Source: Lytechinus pictus
Taxonomy: Eukaryota
Reading direction: 5' to 3'
Length of the DNA: 64,000 bases
Assembly (NCBI RefSeq): GCF_037042905.1
Contig: NC_087246.1
Location: 20,460,001-20,524,000, forward strand
Part shown: in pieces, positions 63,838 through 64,000 of the stretch
Numbering within the stretch: the stretch's first letter is position 1
Layout: each line of letters starts with the position of its first letter
Notes under the pieces: generated by a model
What the model saw: the letters and a program-made list of their open reading frames with translations, nothing else
Told to the model about the DNA's origin: nothing
Database searches by the model: none
Translations under genes and position numbers: made by a program

Positions 63838-64000
63838 CACTGTAAAAACTGTGGTATTAAAATTGAAACCAGTTGGTGTTAATAGAGGATCACACCCTGA
63901 GGTGTTAAAATTACACCATAGAGATTGAACATAACACCAAAGAGTGTAAATGTAACAACCAAAGATGTTGTTGCACCTATAGGTGTTAAACTAACATTGT
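63838..64000 (+). mobile_element. Left end of a CACTGTAAAAA-type MITE (truncated by window edge)
   Basis: TA-CACTGTAAAAA start followed by repeated ggtgtt/aacacc motifs. Confidence 0.45.

Noticed and set aside
59496-64000. Searched for the preceding SLC6 exon (TM4, ...WKG..TSGK)
   Set aside because: No matching exon found by eye. The region is treated as intron, with the 5' part of the gene beyond the window.

Overview
Eukaryotic, intron-rich, AT-rich DNA, most likely from a euechinoid sea urchin; the species cannot be fixed from sequence alone. (1) 1-22.8 kb is a head-to-tail tandem array of ~2.8-kb units, each carrying a two-exon, minus-strand Q50 paired-class homeobox repressor with two eh1-like motifs, i.e. 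pmar1/micro1, the micromere-specifying repressor. There are seven intact copies, the upstream flank of a further copy off the left edge, and a decaying end: a transposon-disrupted copy 8, a 3'-flank relic and an inverted, more diverged relic. The copies are not identical. Copies 1-3 lack the first ATG (AAG instead), homeodomain residues vary between copies, some copies are mosaics, and one spacer carries an ~0.9-kb deletion. (2) 23.8-45.1 kb is a complete 18-exon plus-strand PPIL2 (Cyp60, U-box + cyclophilin) gene of 536 aa, oriented divergently from the array. Its introns hold many non-autonomous DNA transposons, including a four-level nested insertion. (3) 51.8-59.5 kb holds the last nine coding exons of a minus-strand SLC6 monoamine transporter most like the invertebrate-type dopamine transporter; its 5' exons lie beyond the window. 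Repeats include three copies of one hAT-type element with 8-bp TSDs, six Kolobok-type (TTAA) MITEs, a TATA-bounded family with a one-ended hairpin, a TIR element with a 5-bp TSD, a TIR element with no TSD, and a DeuSINE-like fragment. Exon coordinates were read by eye from GT-AG sites and frame continuity; family names come from recalled motifs, not database searches.
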